From Lentisphaerota bacterium (lineage in GTDB: Bacteria > Verrucomicrobiota > Lentisphaeria > Victivallales > Victivallaceae): DNA of 64,000 nt. A program made the translations under genes and the position numbers. Under the pieces are notes generated by a model. It ran no database searches and was not told where the DNA came from. It saw only the letters and a list, made by a program, of their open reading frames with translations. Positions 10,364-19,370 of this stretch are shown here, in pieces. The stretch is taken from contig SUWE01000002.1 of the NCBI GenBank assembly GCA_015061615.1, positions 30,023 through 94,022 on the forward strand, given 5' to 3'. Position 1 is the first letter of the stretch. Each line of letters opens with the position of its first letter.

Positions 10364-10716
10364 CTTCAGCTCAGAAAAGAATCGAAAAAGCTAAAGAACT
10401 GGCAGAATTCTGCATCAAATGTGCCGATGATAAAAAAGCCGAAGATATGGCGTTGATCAAATTGCCGGAAACTTCCGGTGTGGCAGATTATTTTGTCGTG
10501 GCAACAGCCAATTCCGACCCCCATTTACAGGCACTTGCCAATCACATCGAACGTCAGGTGCGGGAAAACTTTCAGGTCAGAGTCCTTTCCGGCGAAAACG
10601 GCGATCACGGCGGCTGGGTGCTGCTTGACTTCAACGATGTGATCGTCCATATCATGCTTCCGGAAATCCGGGAAAAATATCAGCTTGAAACCCTTTGGGG
10701 CGGAGCAAAAGCCTGA
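10360..10716 (+). CDS. rsfS: Ribosome silencing factor
   Basis: 118 aa. ADYFVVATANSDPHLQALANHI and GWVLLDFNDVIVHIM motifs. 4-nt overlap with nadD. Confidence 0.9.
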   Translation: MTSAQKRIEKAKELAEFCIKCADDKKAEDMALIKLPETSGVADYFVVATANSDPHLQALANHIERQVRENFQVRVLSGENGDHGGWVLLDFNDVIVHIMLPEIREKYQLETLWGGAKA

Positions 10717-10732
10717 TTTTACGGAGTTGTTC

Positions 10733-11347
10733 ATGATCGAATTGCCGCACTGGAGCGAAAATCAATGGAAAAATGAGATCCGTCAGCACGAGGCGGAAGT
10801 TGCCCTGTTCTTTCAGGATCTTGTCTACTGCCTTGATCTGCCGATGGATGATATCCCCGCCGCATTTCCAAACACGGCGGATACTCCGTCGGATCCGGTA
10901 ACTGCGGTGAAAAACGATGCTTTGCGGCAATGGATGCTCGATCATGAGGAGGATGGTGAGGAAGAGACTGAAACAGATTACGAACCGCGCCATCCGCTGT
11001 ATTTTTCCTGTGTGGATTCCCTTGACCAGCTTGCCGCAGAATGGAATATCGTTTCTGCCGGATTCAGCCGGGGGGAACTCTCCGGCATGGCATTGGGGAT
11101 AAGCTGTGCGTTTGCCAAACTTCTGGCGCGCAGTGCCGACTTTACAGAACCGGCAAAATACTGCACTGCCCAACTGCTCAGCACTCTCGGCAAACTTGCC
11201 CTGAACGATCTCGATGACCTGCTCAGCCGGCTGGATGATTTCGGCATTGCCCGAAACGGACAAACAGAAATTCCCCTGACCTACTTCCGCCGCCGTCTGG
11301 CTGTGGTAAAAGAGCAGCTGACCGGAAAACTCGATGAACTGAAGTGA
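10733..11347 (+). CDS. Hypothetical acidic protein
   Basis: ORF 10685-11347. ATG 10733 (MIELPHW) avoids overlap with rsfS. I recognise no motif. Confidence 0.45.
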   Translation: MIELPHWSENQWKNEIRQHEAEVALFFQDLVYCLDLPMDDIPAAFPNTADTPSDPVTAVKNDALRQWMLDHEEDGEEETETDYEPRHPLYFSCVDSLDQLAAEWNIVSAGFSRGELSGMALGISCAFAKLLARSADFTEPAKYCTAQLLSTLGKLALNDLDDLLSRLDDFGIARNGQTEIPLTYFRRRLAVVKEQLTGKLDELK

Positions 11348-11374
11348 TTTCAGTAACTTTTGAAATCGCCTGCT

Positions 11375-12283
11375 TCACTTGAAACAGATCCCGACCGTCC
11401 CCGCCAGACAGCAGAGCAGTGCGGAAATCTGCCATATTGAACGCTTTTCCCGCAGAAATATGATCGAATAGAGTTCAAAAACGATCAAACAGGAGCAAAC
11501 CATCAGCGGATAAGCGATCGCTCCGGCATTGGCTTTGGCAAGTGCATTCATCCCCGGATAGAGAAAGAGGAAGGAAAAGAGCAGATTGCTTCCTCCGCCG
11601 ATCAAAGCCATAACTCTGGCATCACCGCGTTTCAGCAGCTCCCCGCTGTGACGGAAAAGCTCAGGAATGTTGCCAAAACGGATAAGCAGACAGCCGAGAA
11701 AAAGTCCGAGGGAAAAAGCGGCAGTCCGCCACATGGGAGTGATCGCTTCCGCCTGAGCGTAATAAGAGGGAAGATTACTCAGACACTGGCTGACGCCGGT
11801 AGCAAAAAATGCCGCCAGTGCCCAGCCTTTCCACTTGCCGGAAACCCGGTTATCCCCGGATACGCCGAAGATCACCAATCCGGCAAGAATCAGCACAAAT
11901 CCGGCACTGCGGCACCATGAGAGCGGCACACAGAAAAGAACCGTCCCCATGGCAAAGGGGAAAACAAATCCCGATTGAGCCACAGTCCAGATGATTCCGT
12001 TGGGTCCGTTCTGCATGGCACGCGACATAAAATCCAGCTGAAAATAGTTTACGATACCGCAGGCAACCAACGATCCGGCTGCGATCATCCAGCCCGCAGC
12101 CGTTGCAGCGGGGATTCCCTGCAGCAAGGCAATAAGCAAACTGGCAAAAAACTCTATCAGTGTGCAGATCATCAGAAATCCGGTGACATCAAACTTGCGT
12201 TTGGGAGCTTCGCCCATCAGATAGCCGAAGATGCACCACCCCGCCCCGACAACGAGCATTGCCAATATCCCGAACAAAAACAT
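11375..12283 (-). CDS. DMT-superfamily (EamA-like) 10-TM membrane transporter
   Basis: The ORF is uniformly hydrophobic with about 10 predicted helices. ATG 12283 has GGGGGAAGG 8 nt upstream; the ORF-track start is TTG. Substrate unknown. Confidence 0.5.
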   Translation of the reverse strand: MFLFGILAMLVVGAGWCIFGYLMGEAPKRKFDVTGFLMICTLIEFFASLLIALLQGIPAATAAGWMIAAGSLVACGIVNYFQLDFMSRAMQNGPNGIIWTVAQSGFVFPFAMGTVLFCVPLSWCRSAGFVLILAGLVIFGVSGDNRVSGKWKGWALAAFFATGVSQCLSNLPSYYAQAEAITPMWRTAAFSLGLFLGCLLIRFGNIPELFRHSGELLKRGDARVMALIGGGSNLLFSFLFLYPGMNALAKANAGAIAYPLMVCSCLIVFELYSIIFLREKRSIWQISALLCCLAGTVGICFK

Positions 12284-12307
12284 AGCAAACCTTCCCCCCT
12301 GCGGCAA

Positions 12308-13675
12308 TTACAACAGAGAATCCTCCTTGACCACACCCGGCACGCGGTAGTCGGTCTCTTCAAAACTCCGTTTGTTGCAGGCAAGCACAGCTCTGACCAG
12401 AGTCGGTATCGGCAAAGTGGTAACGATCGAAAGAATGATGATCGCGTTGAAGAAGTTTTCTCCGAGCAATCCCATATCCTTACCGATAGCCGCCGCCGCA
12501 AGGGTGGCAGAAAGCTGCGGAACAGTCATCAACCCTGCGGCAACCCCCTGCGGATTGTTGAATCCGCAAAGTCTCATTGCGGTAAATCCGGAAATCATCT
12601 TGCTGGCGACCAGACCGATGACCGTCAGAACAACGATCAGCCAGCTGCCGGAATCTTTGAATGCCGCGAAGTCGGTTTTCATACCGATGGAAACAAAGAG
12701 GAAGGGGATAAGAAATCCGTAACCGATACTTTCCACACGTTTGAACAGCAGCATATCCCGCTGTTTGACGACCTGAGAAAGCCCCAATCCGGCGATGAAC
12801 GCTCCGACAACGAGGTTGATACCGAGCAGTTCACCGACAATGACAGTGGTCAAAATAACCAGCAGAACAAAGGTTATAAGCACATCTTCGCCCGGATGGA
12901 AATATTTGAGAAGGAACTTTCCGGAAAAATAAACCGCCGCCATCGAAACAACCAGATAGAGCAGAACAACGAGCAAAAACACGGGAACAAAACTGTTTCC
13001 GAAAAAACTGCTGCTGACATGATCGAAAATCGAAAGCGTACTGTTGACGACCGAGTGGGATATATGAAGCGACTGACGGTGCAGCTGTACACTCACCGCC
13101 AGAAGCACGATACTGGCGATATCGGTAATGACCGTGGAAATCAGCACTGCCGCACCGAAACGGGTCTTGCTCAGCTTCAAATCGCGCATCACGGGGAAAA
13201 CGATACCGACGGAGTGAGACGCAAACAGCGAAGCGTAAAGCAGTTTTCCGGCAAGATCGGTCGGCTTGAAGTACCAGTAGACCCAATATCCGGCGATTGC
13301 CGGAATAAGGAAGGTGAAAATACTCAGAAGAATGACCGGCTTGCGGACAGATTTTATCAAATCGAAATCAGCTTCCATTCCGGCAAGCGCCATCAGAAGC
13401 ATCAAACCGAGGGAACCGAGAGAGTTGATTATAACATTGAAACTTTCTGTTGTCTGAACGGCGGTCTGCACCTCCTGCCCCGGAGGTCCGAGAAAACTCA
13501 GTGCCTTTGAAATGATACCGACAAGGTCGACACCGACCCCGGTGGGACCGATAAGCATTCCGACGATCAAAAGAGAAATCACAGTGGGAATTTGAAACTT
13601 GCGCAATACAAAAGGGATAAGACTCATCAATCCCGTAAATGCAAGAAATAATATCAGGAAGGCACCATCACTCAT
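12308..13675 (-). CDS. Cation:proton antiporter (Na+/H+ exchanger family, CPA-type)
   Basis: About 12 TM helices and a typical Na_H_exchanger layout. ATG 13675 (MSDGAF) has AAGGAG 8 nt upstream. Confidence 0.75.
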   Translation of the reverse strand: MSDGAFLILFLAFTGLMSLIPFVLRKFQIPTVISLLIVGMLIGPTGVGVDLVGIISKALSFLGPPGQEVQTAVQTTESFNVIINSLGSLGLMLLMALAGMEADFDLIKSVRKPVILLSIFTFLIPAIAGYWVYWYFKPTDLAGKLLYASLFASHSVGIVFPVMRDLKLSKTRFGAAVLISTVITDIASIVLLAVSVQLHRQSLHISHSVVNSTLSIFDHVSSSFFGNSFVPVFLLVVLLYLVVSMAAVYFSGKFLLKYFHPGEDVLITFVLLVILTTVIVGELLGINLVVGAFIAGLGLSQVVKQRDMLLFKRVESIGYGFLIPFLFVSIGMKTDFAAFKDSGSWLIVVLTVIGLVASKMISGFTAMRLCGFNNPQGVAAGLMTVPQLSATLAAAAIGKDMGLLGENFFNAIIILSIVTTLPIPTLVRAVLACNKRSFEETDYRVPGVVKEDSLL

Positions 13676-13903
13676 ACGCAAAACTCCTTTCATTTTTGCT
13701 GCCGCATACTGCGGTTTATTTGATAAAAAAATCTTAAATTACAATTAATATAGGACCTCCTTAATAAAAAGTCAACCCTGCAAGCTGAAAAAATCCGATA
13801 ATTCAGCGGCGGAATATCAATAATGATTGTTTTTCCTCATATTCCGGTGTATATTATAGGGATGTTATTTAATACCAAACTTCAGAAGAAAGTACCTTTG
13901 CCA

Positions 13904-15652
13904 ATGAACGAACTTCCGGAATTCCGCGCCCTCGGTGTAGCTGATGAGCTTATCCCTGCCCTGCTCGCCAAAAATTTTGTTTCCCCCAGTGCAATTCAGA
14001 CCCTCACCATTCCGGCACTGCTTTCCGGAGAAAAAGATCTTATCGGCCAGGCGTTGACCGGTACCGGAAAGACCGCCGCCTTCGGTCTGCCGGTGATCCA
14101 GACGATTTCACAGAGCAAGGTTCCGCAGGCATTGATTCTTGCTCCGACAAGAGAATTATCCATACAGATCGCCGATGAGCTGAACTCACTTGCAAAAGAT
14201 AAGCCGCTGCGCATCATCCCGTTTTTCGGCGGACAGCTCATAACAATACAGCTTGACGCGCTCAAAAACGGCGTTGATATCGCCGTCGGAACTCCGGGCA
14301 GGATCATGGATCTGCACAGACGCGGCAAACTTCAGCTGGATAAATTGCAGTTCGCCATCCTCGATGAAGCGGACGAAATGCTGGATATGGGATTTATCGA
14401 CGATATCCGTGAAATCCTTTCGCTCACCAATCCTGATAAACGCATGCTGATGTTCAGCGCCACCATGCCGCAGGAAATTCTTGATGTGGCGGCGGAGTTT
14501 ATGCGTCCGGGATATGAGATCGCCCGTGCCGGATGCGAAAATGCGACCAATACCGCATTGACCGAACAGTATTTCCACGAAGTGAAACGGGAACATAAAC
14601 TTGATGCGCTGATGAGATTGATCGATGCCAATCCCGAACTTTACGCAATGGTATTCTGCCGGACACGGGCGGATGTGGATGAAGTGACAGAAAAACTCCA
14701 CGCCAAAGGCTACCGCACTGAAGCGTTGCACGGAGAAATTTCCCAGGCACAGCGCCTGCGGGTGATAAACGGTTTCAAAAAACGCAAATTCCCGCTGCTC
14801 ATAGCTACTGACGTTGCCGCACGCGGAATAGATGTCAATGATCTTACCCATGTGATAAACTACTCCCTGCCGCAAAATTCAGAAATATATATCCACCGTA
14901 TCGGCAGAACCGGCAGAGCCGGACGTCACGGTGTGGCAATATCCTTTGTCACCCCCGGTGAAAGGCGGAAACTCAAATTTATCGAACAGGATATCGGCAA
15001 TACGATCCCGCAGAAAAAACTTCCGGAAATCGCTGATATAATCGAAGCCAAAAAACAGCTCTTTTCCGAAAATATCGCCCTTCTGCTTGAAACCGGCGAT
15101 GCCTCTGACTATCTCAACTTTGCTGAAGAACTCTGCACTCTCGGCGGACACCCGGCGGAAGCGATGGCGGCGGTGTTGAAAATGTACTTCAAAAATGAAC
15201 TTCTTCCGGAAAGTTACCACGAGTTCGGCGCCAAAGTCAAACGTGACGAGTCGCACATGAAAAAACTGCTCCTCTTTGCCGGACGCGGCGACGGAATCAC
15301 GGTACCGATGATCCTTCAGGAAATCTGCGAAAAAACCGGCATCCGCGGCAATCAGCTGGGCAAAATCATCTGCCGCGCAAACAAGACCTTTGTAAATGCC
15401 GAACCTGCCGATGCGGAAAAAATCATCAAAGCCTTTGCCGACAATGACCAATGGCGCTTCAAATATGATGAGCCGCGCGAAGAACGTTCCGGCAGACGCG
15501 GCAAAAAGGAGTTCAACACCAGAGATGAGCGCCCCGGCAGACGGGATAAAAACGACTCTGCTGTGCGCGAAGAAAAACCGAAACGTAAAAAGGTAAAAAC
15601 CCATAAACCTTTGAGAGAAGAATTTTTCAAGTGGATCGAAGAATCAGAATAA
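13904..15652 (+). CDS. DEAD-box ATP-dependent RNA helicase (DeaD/CsdA-like) with a basic C-terminal tail
   Basis: Contains the Q-motif context, ALTGTGKTAAF, DEAD (ILDEADEML), SAT and HRIGRTGRAG. ATG 13904 (MNELPEF) is chosen over the upstream in-frame starts. Confidence 0.9.
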   Translation: MNELPEFRALGVADELIPALLAKNFVSPSAIQTLTIPALLSGEKDLIGQALTGTGKTAAFGLPVIQTISQSKVPQALILAPTRELSIQIADELNSLAKDKPLRIIPFFGGQLITIQLDALKNGVDIAVGTPGRIMDLHRRGKLQLDKLQFAILDEADEMLDMGFIDDIREILSLTNPDKRMLMFSATMPQEILDVAAEFMRPGYEIARAGCENATNTALTEQYFHEVKREHKLDALMRLIDANPELYAMVFCRTRADVDEVTEKLHAKGYRTEALHGEISQAQRLRVINGFKKRKFPLLIATDVAARGIDVNDLTHVINYSLPQNSEIYIHRIGRTGRAGRHGVAISFVTPGERRKLKFIEQDIGNTIPQKKLPEIADIIEAKKQLFSENIALLLETGDASDYLNFAEELCTLGGHPAEAMAAVLKMYFKNELLPESYHEFGAKVKRDESHMKKLLLFAGRGDGITVPMILQEICEKTGIRGNQLGKIICRANKTFVNAEPADAEKIIKAFADNDQWRFKYDEPREERSGRRGKKEFNTRDERPGRRDKNDSAVREEKPKRKKVKTHKPLREEFFKWIEESE

Positions 15653-15740
15653 AAAATTCTGATAAAAATCAGCTTCAAGCATTGAAAAATCAAAAATCTT
15701 GCGTTATGTTAAGATTGTAAAACTGCTCAAGGAGGTTTTT

Positions 15741-17261
15741 ATGAAAAATCGTTTTTGTTTATCATTCGCGGCGGCACTGACACTCATCAGTACACTGTCT
15801 GCCGCACCTTCATCCGATGCTGTAAAGTTCCGGGAGACGGTCAGCAAGGTGGATATGGATGGAGAAATGCTCTGCTACCAGAATACAAAGGGCATTCAGA
15901 AACTTTTGACCGGATTCATTCCGCAACTGCTGAAGCATACGTTGAAAGATAATCCGATGGCGCCGACGCTGATACAGGGGTGGGATTCGTTCTGTCAGCT
16001 CATCAATCCCGGAGCATTTGAAGCATTTGCCGTCAGTTCCAGAGAGATCAGCAGCGATCTTTATATCGCCAAAGGTTTCATCCTTCTTGACCGGCAGAAA
16101 AAAAGTATTCTTTTTGAACAGAAGGTGGAAAATACCACGCTTGACTGGCAGAAATTTCCGGCGGATACCATCGCCGCAGTAAAAGGCAGAATAAATCTCA
16201 AACACACTTGGGATTCGATTCTGGAACAGTTGAAAAATTCCCCGGATAAAGGGGGACAATCTCTGCTTATGCAGATCGAAATGCTGAAACAGGCGGGAGT
16301 CGATATCGGCGGTACAATTTCCGGTATCGACGGCGAACTTGAATTGATCGTTGCCGGAACTTCTGCTGAAGATCTGGCGGTAAAATTCGTGATTCCGGAT
16401 AAGTCCGGGGTTCTTTCTGCGCTCCTCATTCCGCTGATTCAGGATTTGCCTCTTCCTTCGGAAGGTTTACAGCTGAAAAATGCGATCGTTCCCGGTAAAA
16501 TAGTTTTTTATACTGACAAGCGTCTTCTTGAACCTGCAAAAAACACTCTCGGCAGTTCCGCAACATTCAAAAAATTTGCCGCTCACCTGCCTGAAAAGGG
16601 AAATCTCACTGTTGCGCTCAACGTTTCCGGAAAGTTGCTGGAGCAGATCAAAAAAGCCAATGCCGCTGATAATCCGGAGCTTTCAGAGTTTTGCACTCTG
16701 CTCGAACCGTTTGCCCTGCTTGGCATACAATCCTCTGAAGCAAACGGGGAAAAAGCTGTTATTGCATCAAATTTCTCAATTTCCCAGGTTCAGCAGATTT
16801 CTTCACTGCTTATGCCTGCGGCAATGAAACTGATTCCGGCACTTGATTCTGCCAGAGAAAAATCCAAACTCAATCAGTGCATGAACGGGATGAAACAATT
16901 TGCTCTTGCCTGCCACTTATTTGCTGACGGAGCAAATGACACTCTGCCGGACTCCGTTGACAAATTTATCGAACAGCGGCTGCTGCGTACTGAAATTTCC
17001 GCAAACATAATCTATCTTGCTCCCGGTATAAAATTGTCGGAGATCACCATTCCGGCTCAATATCCGCTGGCGATCTGTGACCGATTCAATCACAAAAGCG
17101 GCAAAGTCTGCATCGCATTTGCCGACGGTCATGTAGAAACACTTGATGTTCCGGCAGATGCCGATGAAGAAGATATTGTGGAAATTCTCGGAAAAATGTA
17201 CAAATATCCGCAACCGGTGCTTGATGCACTGAAAAAAGCGGTTTCAGAGGAAGAGAAATGA
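15741..17261 (+). CDS. Secreted protein with a C-terminal DUF1559-like H-X9-DG domain
   Basis: ATG 15741 follows GGAGG. Signal peptide is MKNRFCLSFAAALTLISTLSAAPS. The C-terminus has AREKSKLNQCMNGMKQFALACHLFADG and NHKSGKVCIAFADGHVETL (H-X9-DG). Confidence 0.6.
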   Translation: MKNRFCLSFAAALTLISTLSAAPSSDAVKFRETVSKVDMDGEMLCYQNTKGIQKLLTGFIPQLLKHTLKDNPMAPTLIQGWDSFCQLINPGAFEAFAVSSREISSDLYIAKGFILLDRQKKSILFEQKVENTTLDWQKFPADTIAAVKGRINLKHTWDSILEQLKNSPDKGGQSLLMQIEMLKQAGVDIGGTISGIDGELELIVAGTSAEDLAVKFVIPDKSGVLSALLIPLIQDLPLPSEGLQLKNAIVPGKIVFYTDKRLLEPAKNTLGSSATFKKFAAHLPEKGNLTVALNVSGKLLEQIKKANAADNPELSEFCTLLEPFALLGIQSSEANGEKAVIASNFSISQVQQISSLLMPAAMKLIPALDSAREKSKLNQCMNGMKQFALACHLFADGANDTLPDSVDKFIEQRLLRTEISANIIYLAPGIKLSEITIPAQYPLAICDRFNHKSGKVCIAFADGHVETLDVPADADEEDIVEILGKMYKYPQPVLDALKKAVSEEEK

Positions 17262-17830
17262 AAAATTCAAAAACAATATGGCCCGGCGGAACTCAGCTGG
17301 CTCCGGTTCCCGCAGTTCTTGTCGGCTGCGGCGATGGTGAAAACTTCAAATACAACTGTCTGACGGTGGCGTGGGCGGGAACTCTTTCAAGCAATCCGCC
17401 GATGGTCGGTGTCGGTATCCGTCCGGAGCGCTACTCCCGCGGATTGATCGAAAGCAGCGGAGTATTCACCGTCAATATGCCGACTGCGGCAATGGCAGAA
17501 AAAGTGGACTACTGCGGAGTTGTTTCCGGCAGGGATGTGGATAAGTTTGAAAAATGCGGCTTTACCGCCATCGCCGGCAGTAAAGTTGCCGCTCCGGTGA
17601 TTGCCGAATGTCCGGTCTCACTGGAATGCCAAGTTAAACACACTCTGTCTCTGGGATCCCATATCCTTTATGTCGGTGAAGTTGTTGCGGTTCAGATATC
17701 ATCGGAGTTTATTGATGAGAAAAATCACTTCGATGTGGCAAAAGCCGATCTTCTGGCATACGCTCACGGGAATTACTTCTCACTTGGAGAATCTCTGGGA
17801 ACCTTCGGTTTCTCGGTGAAAAAGAAATAA
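17258..17830 (+). CDS. Flavin reductase-like (FMN-binding split-barrel) protein
   Basis: 190 aa. Flavin_Reduct-type sequence is APVPAVLVGCG...LTVAWAGTLSSNPPMVGVGIRPERYS. 4-nt overlap with the upstream gene. Confidence 0.8.
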   Translation: MKNSKTIWPGGTQLAPVPAVLVGCGDGENFKYNCLTVAWAGTLSSNPPMVGVGIRPERYSRGLIESSGVFTVNMPTAAMAEKVDYCGVVSGRDVDKFEKCGFTAIAGSKVAAPVIAECPVSLECQVKHTLSLGSHILYVGEVVAVQISSEFIDEKNHFDVAKADLLAYAHGNYFSLGESLGTFGFSVKKK

Positions 17831-17838
17831 CTGATTAT

Positions 17839-17874
17839 CGGAACGGGGCAGAAAACTCCGTTCCGTTTTTTTTT
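17839..17874 (+). terminator. Rho-independent terminator
   Basis: CGGAACGG (17839-17846) pairs with CCGTTCCG (17858-17865). A T9 run follows at 17866-17874. Confidence 0.75.
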
Positions 17875-17888
17875 ACGGGGGGGGAAGT

Positions 17889-19370
17889 ATGCTGATAACT
17901 GAAGTCCGGCTGTACGGCATCGGCAATTTTGCAGAAGAAACGGTCATTGAACTTGCCCCGGAAACATTTTTCTGCGGCAGTGCCGATGCAAGAAAAACTT
18001 TCCGCAGAGCAATGGAACTTCTTTTCGGCAACACCTCCCCTGCTCCGCAGGATTTTTCTGCAACAGAAATGCGAATATCTGCGAAACTGACTTTTCCGGA
18101 AACTGATTCAGCGGAGATCCCGGAGTTTTTCCATCACATGCGGGCAGAGGATGATGGAGAAATATGTGCCGTGCTGGAATTATCTGCGAAAGCTGCCGAT
18201 GGTGAAATTGAAACTCAGCACAGTTGGCTTCTGCCGCACGATATCAGACGTCAGGTAAAATCCGATGAAGCGCCCGCGGTAAAATTCATCCGCATTGCCC
18301 CGGACGGAATGACTTTGAAAGAGGCATTTTTGCGGATAATTCCGGATATACTGCTGATGGATGAAAAGATCGAACTTCCCGCGTTTCCTGAAATAGCATC
18401 TCTCATTGAAAGCGCCAAACACTTGCCGGCTGATTGTACAAAGTGGCTGCTGGACGGAATCGGAATGATTGCAGAACCGGAACAGATGCCGGCACTGTTG
18501 CGGGAACTGCTCACCATACGGCAGAATACCCCCAACGCCTCAAACCTTCTGCTTTATATCGAAGATATGCCGGATTTTACCATTGAGGCAAATAAGACAG
18601 AAATCATTTATTCCTCAGCACAACTTCCGGCAAAAGATTTTCAAACCGGCCAAATCCGCTGTTTCACCGGAAATTCTGTTCATTCAATAAAGCTCCCGGC
18701 AAATACGGTTGACAAAATTTGCGTTGCCGGAGGAATCAAAAACTTTCCGGAACTGTTGACTGCGGCAATGGTGATTTTTACGGTTTCTGCTGATGACAAA
18801 ATCATTCTGGAAAAATTTCTCAAACTCTCCGGCATTGATCTGTCAGACAGAAACATTGCCATTGTTCCACTGTCAGGCAGACAAGTACATCTGTACTGGC
18901 AAATCCTCGATCAACTCGATACGCCTTATTTTACACTTGCCGATTTGCAGCATGGGAAATCCGGCGGTGATTGGGCGGCGATCGCCGGATATCTGCACAG
19001 TTGTGCATATTGCAACAGAGAACTGCCGGTTATTGAAGGTCAAAATACAGCAGTTGATATTGAAGAAGTTGCAAAAGATATTCCCGATCTGAAAAATGAA
19101 AACGTCTGGATGCATTGGCTCAGGGAAAATCAGAATATCTTCTTTGCCGCTCCGTATGATTTGAATCATCTGATGTTCCACTCGTTCCGTCAGGAATACG
19201 GCGGGATGTTCCCGGAATATTCAGAAAATGATGAGGAGTTTTACCATCAGCTTTGTTCCCGGCGGGATTTCAGCAGAATATACTCTGAAATATTCAGCAT
19301 TTTAAGTGATGATGAATTGAAAAGAAGAATGCCGGATATGATCCGTTTGCTTATTTATCAGATAAAATGA
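17889..19370 (+). CDS. OLD-family-like protein: ABC/AAA-type ATPase N-terminus plus a Toprim-like region, with non-canonical motifs
   Basis: The N-terminus MLITEVRLYGIGNFAEETVIELAPETFFCGSADARKTFRRAMELLFG has the layout of OLD/ABC ATPase N-termini, with GSADARKT in the Walker A position. LLLYIEDMPDF sits in the Walker B position. Residues 293-352 (MVIFTVSADDKIILEKF...IAIVPLSG...TPYFTLADLQ) follow a Toprim strand pattern. Confidence 0.5.
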   Translation: MLITEVRLYGIGNFAEETVIELAPETFFCGSADARKTFRRAMELLFGNTSPAPQDFSATEMRISAKLTFPETDSAEIPEFFHHMRAEDDGEICAVLELSAKAADGEIETQHSWLLPHDIRRQVKSDEAPAVKFIRIAPDGMTLKEAFLRIIPDILLMDEKIELPAFPEIASLIESAKHLPADCTKWLLDGIGMIAEPEQMPALLRELLTIRQNTPNASNLLLYIEDMPDFTIEANKTEIIYSSAQLPAKDFQTGQIRCFTGNSVHSIKLPANTVDKICVAGGIKNFPELLTAAMVIFTVSADDKIILEKFLKLSGIDLSDRNIAIVPLSGRQVHLYWQILDQLDTPYFTLADLQHGKSGGDWAAIAGYLHSCAYCNRELPVIEGQNTAVDIEEVAKDIPDLKNENVWMHWLRENQNIFFAAPYDLNHLMFHSFRQEYGGMFPEYSENDEEFYHQLCSRRDFSRIYSEIFSILSDDELKRRMPDMIRLLIYQIK

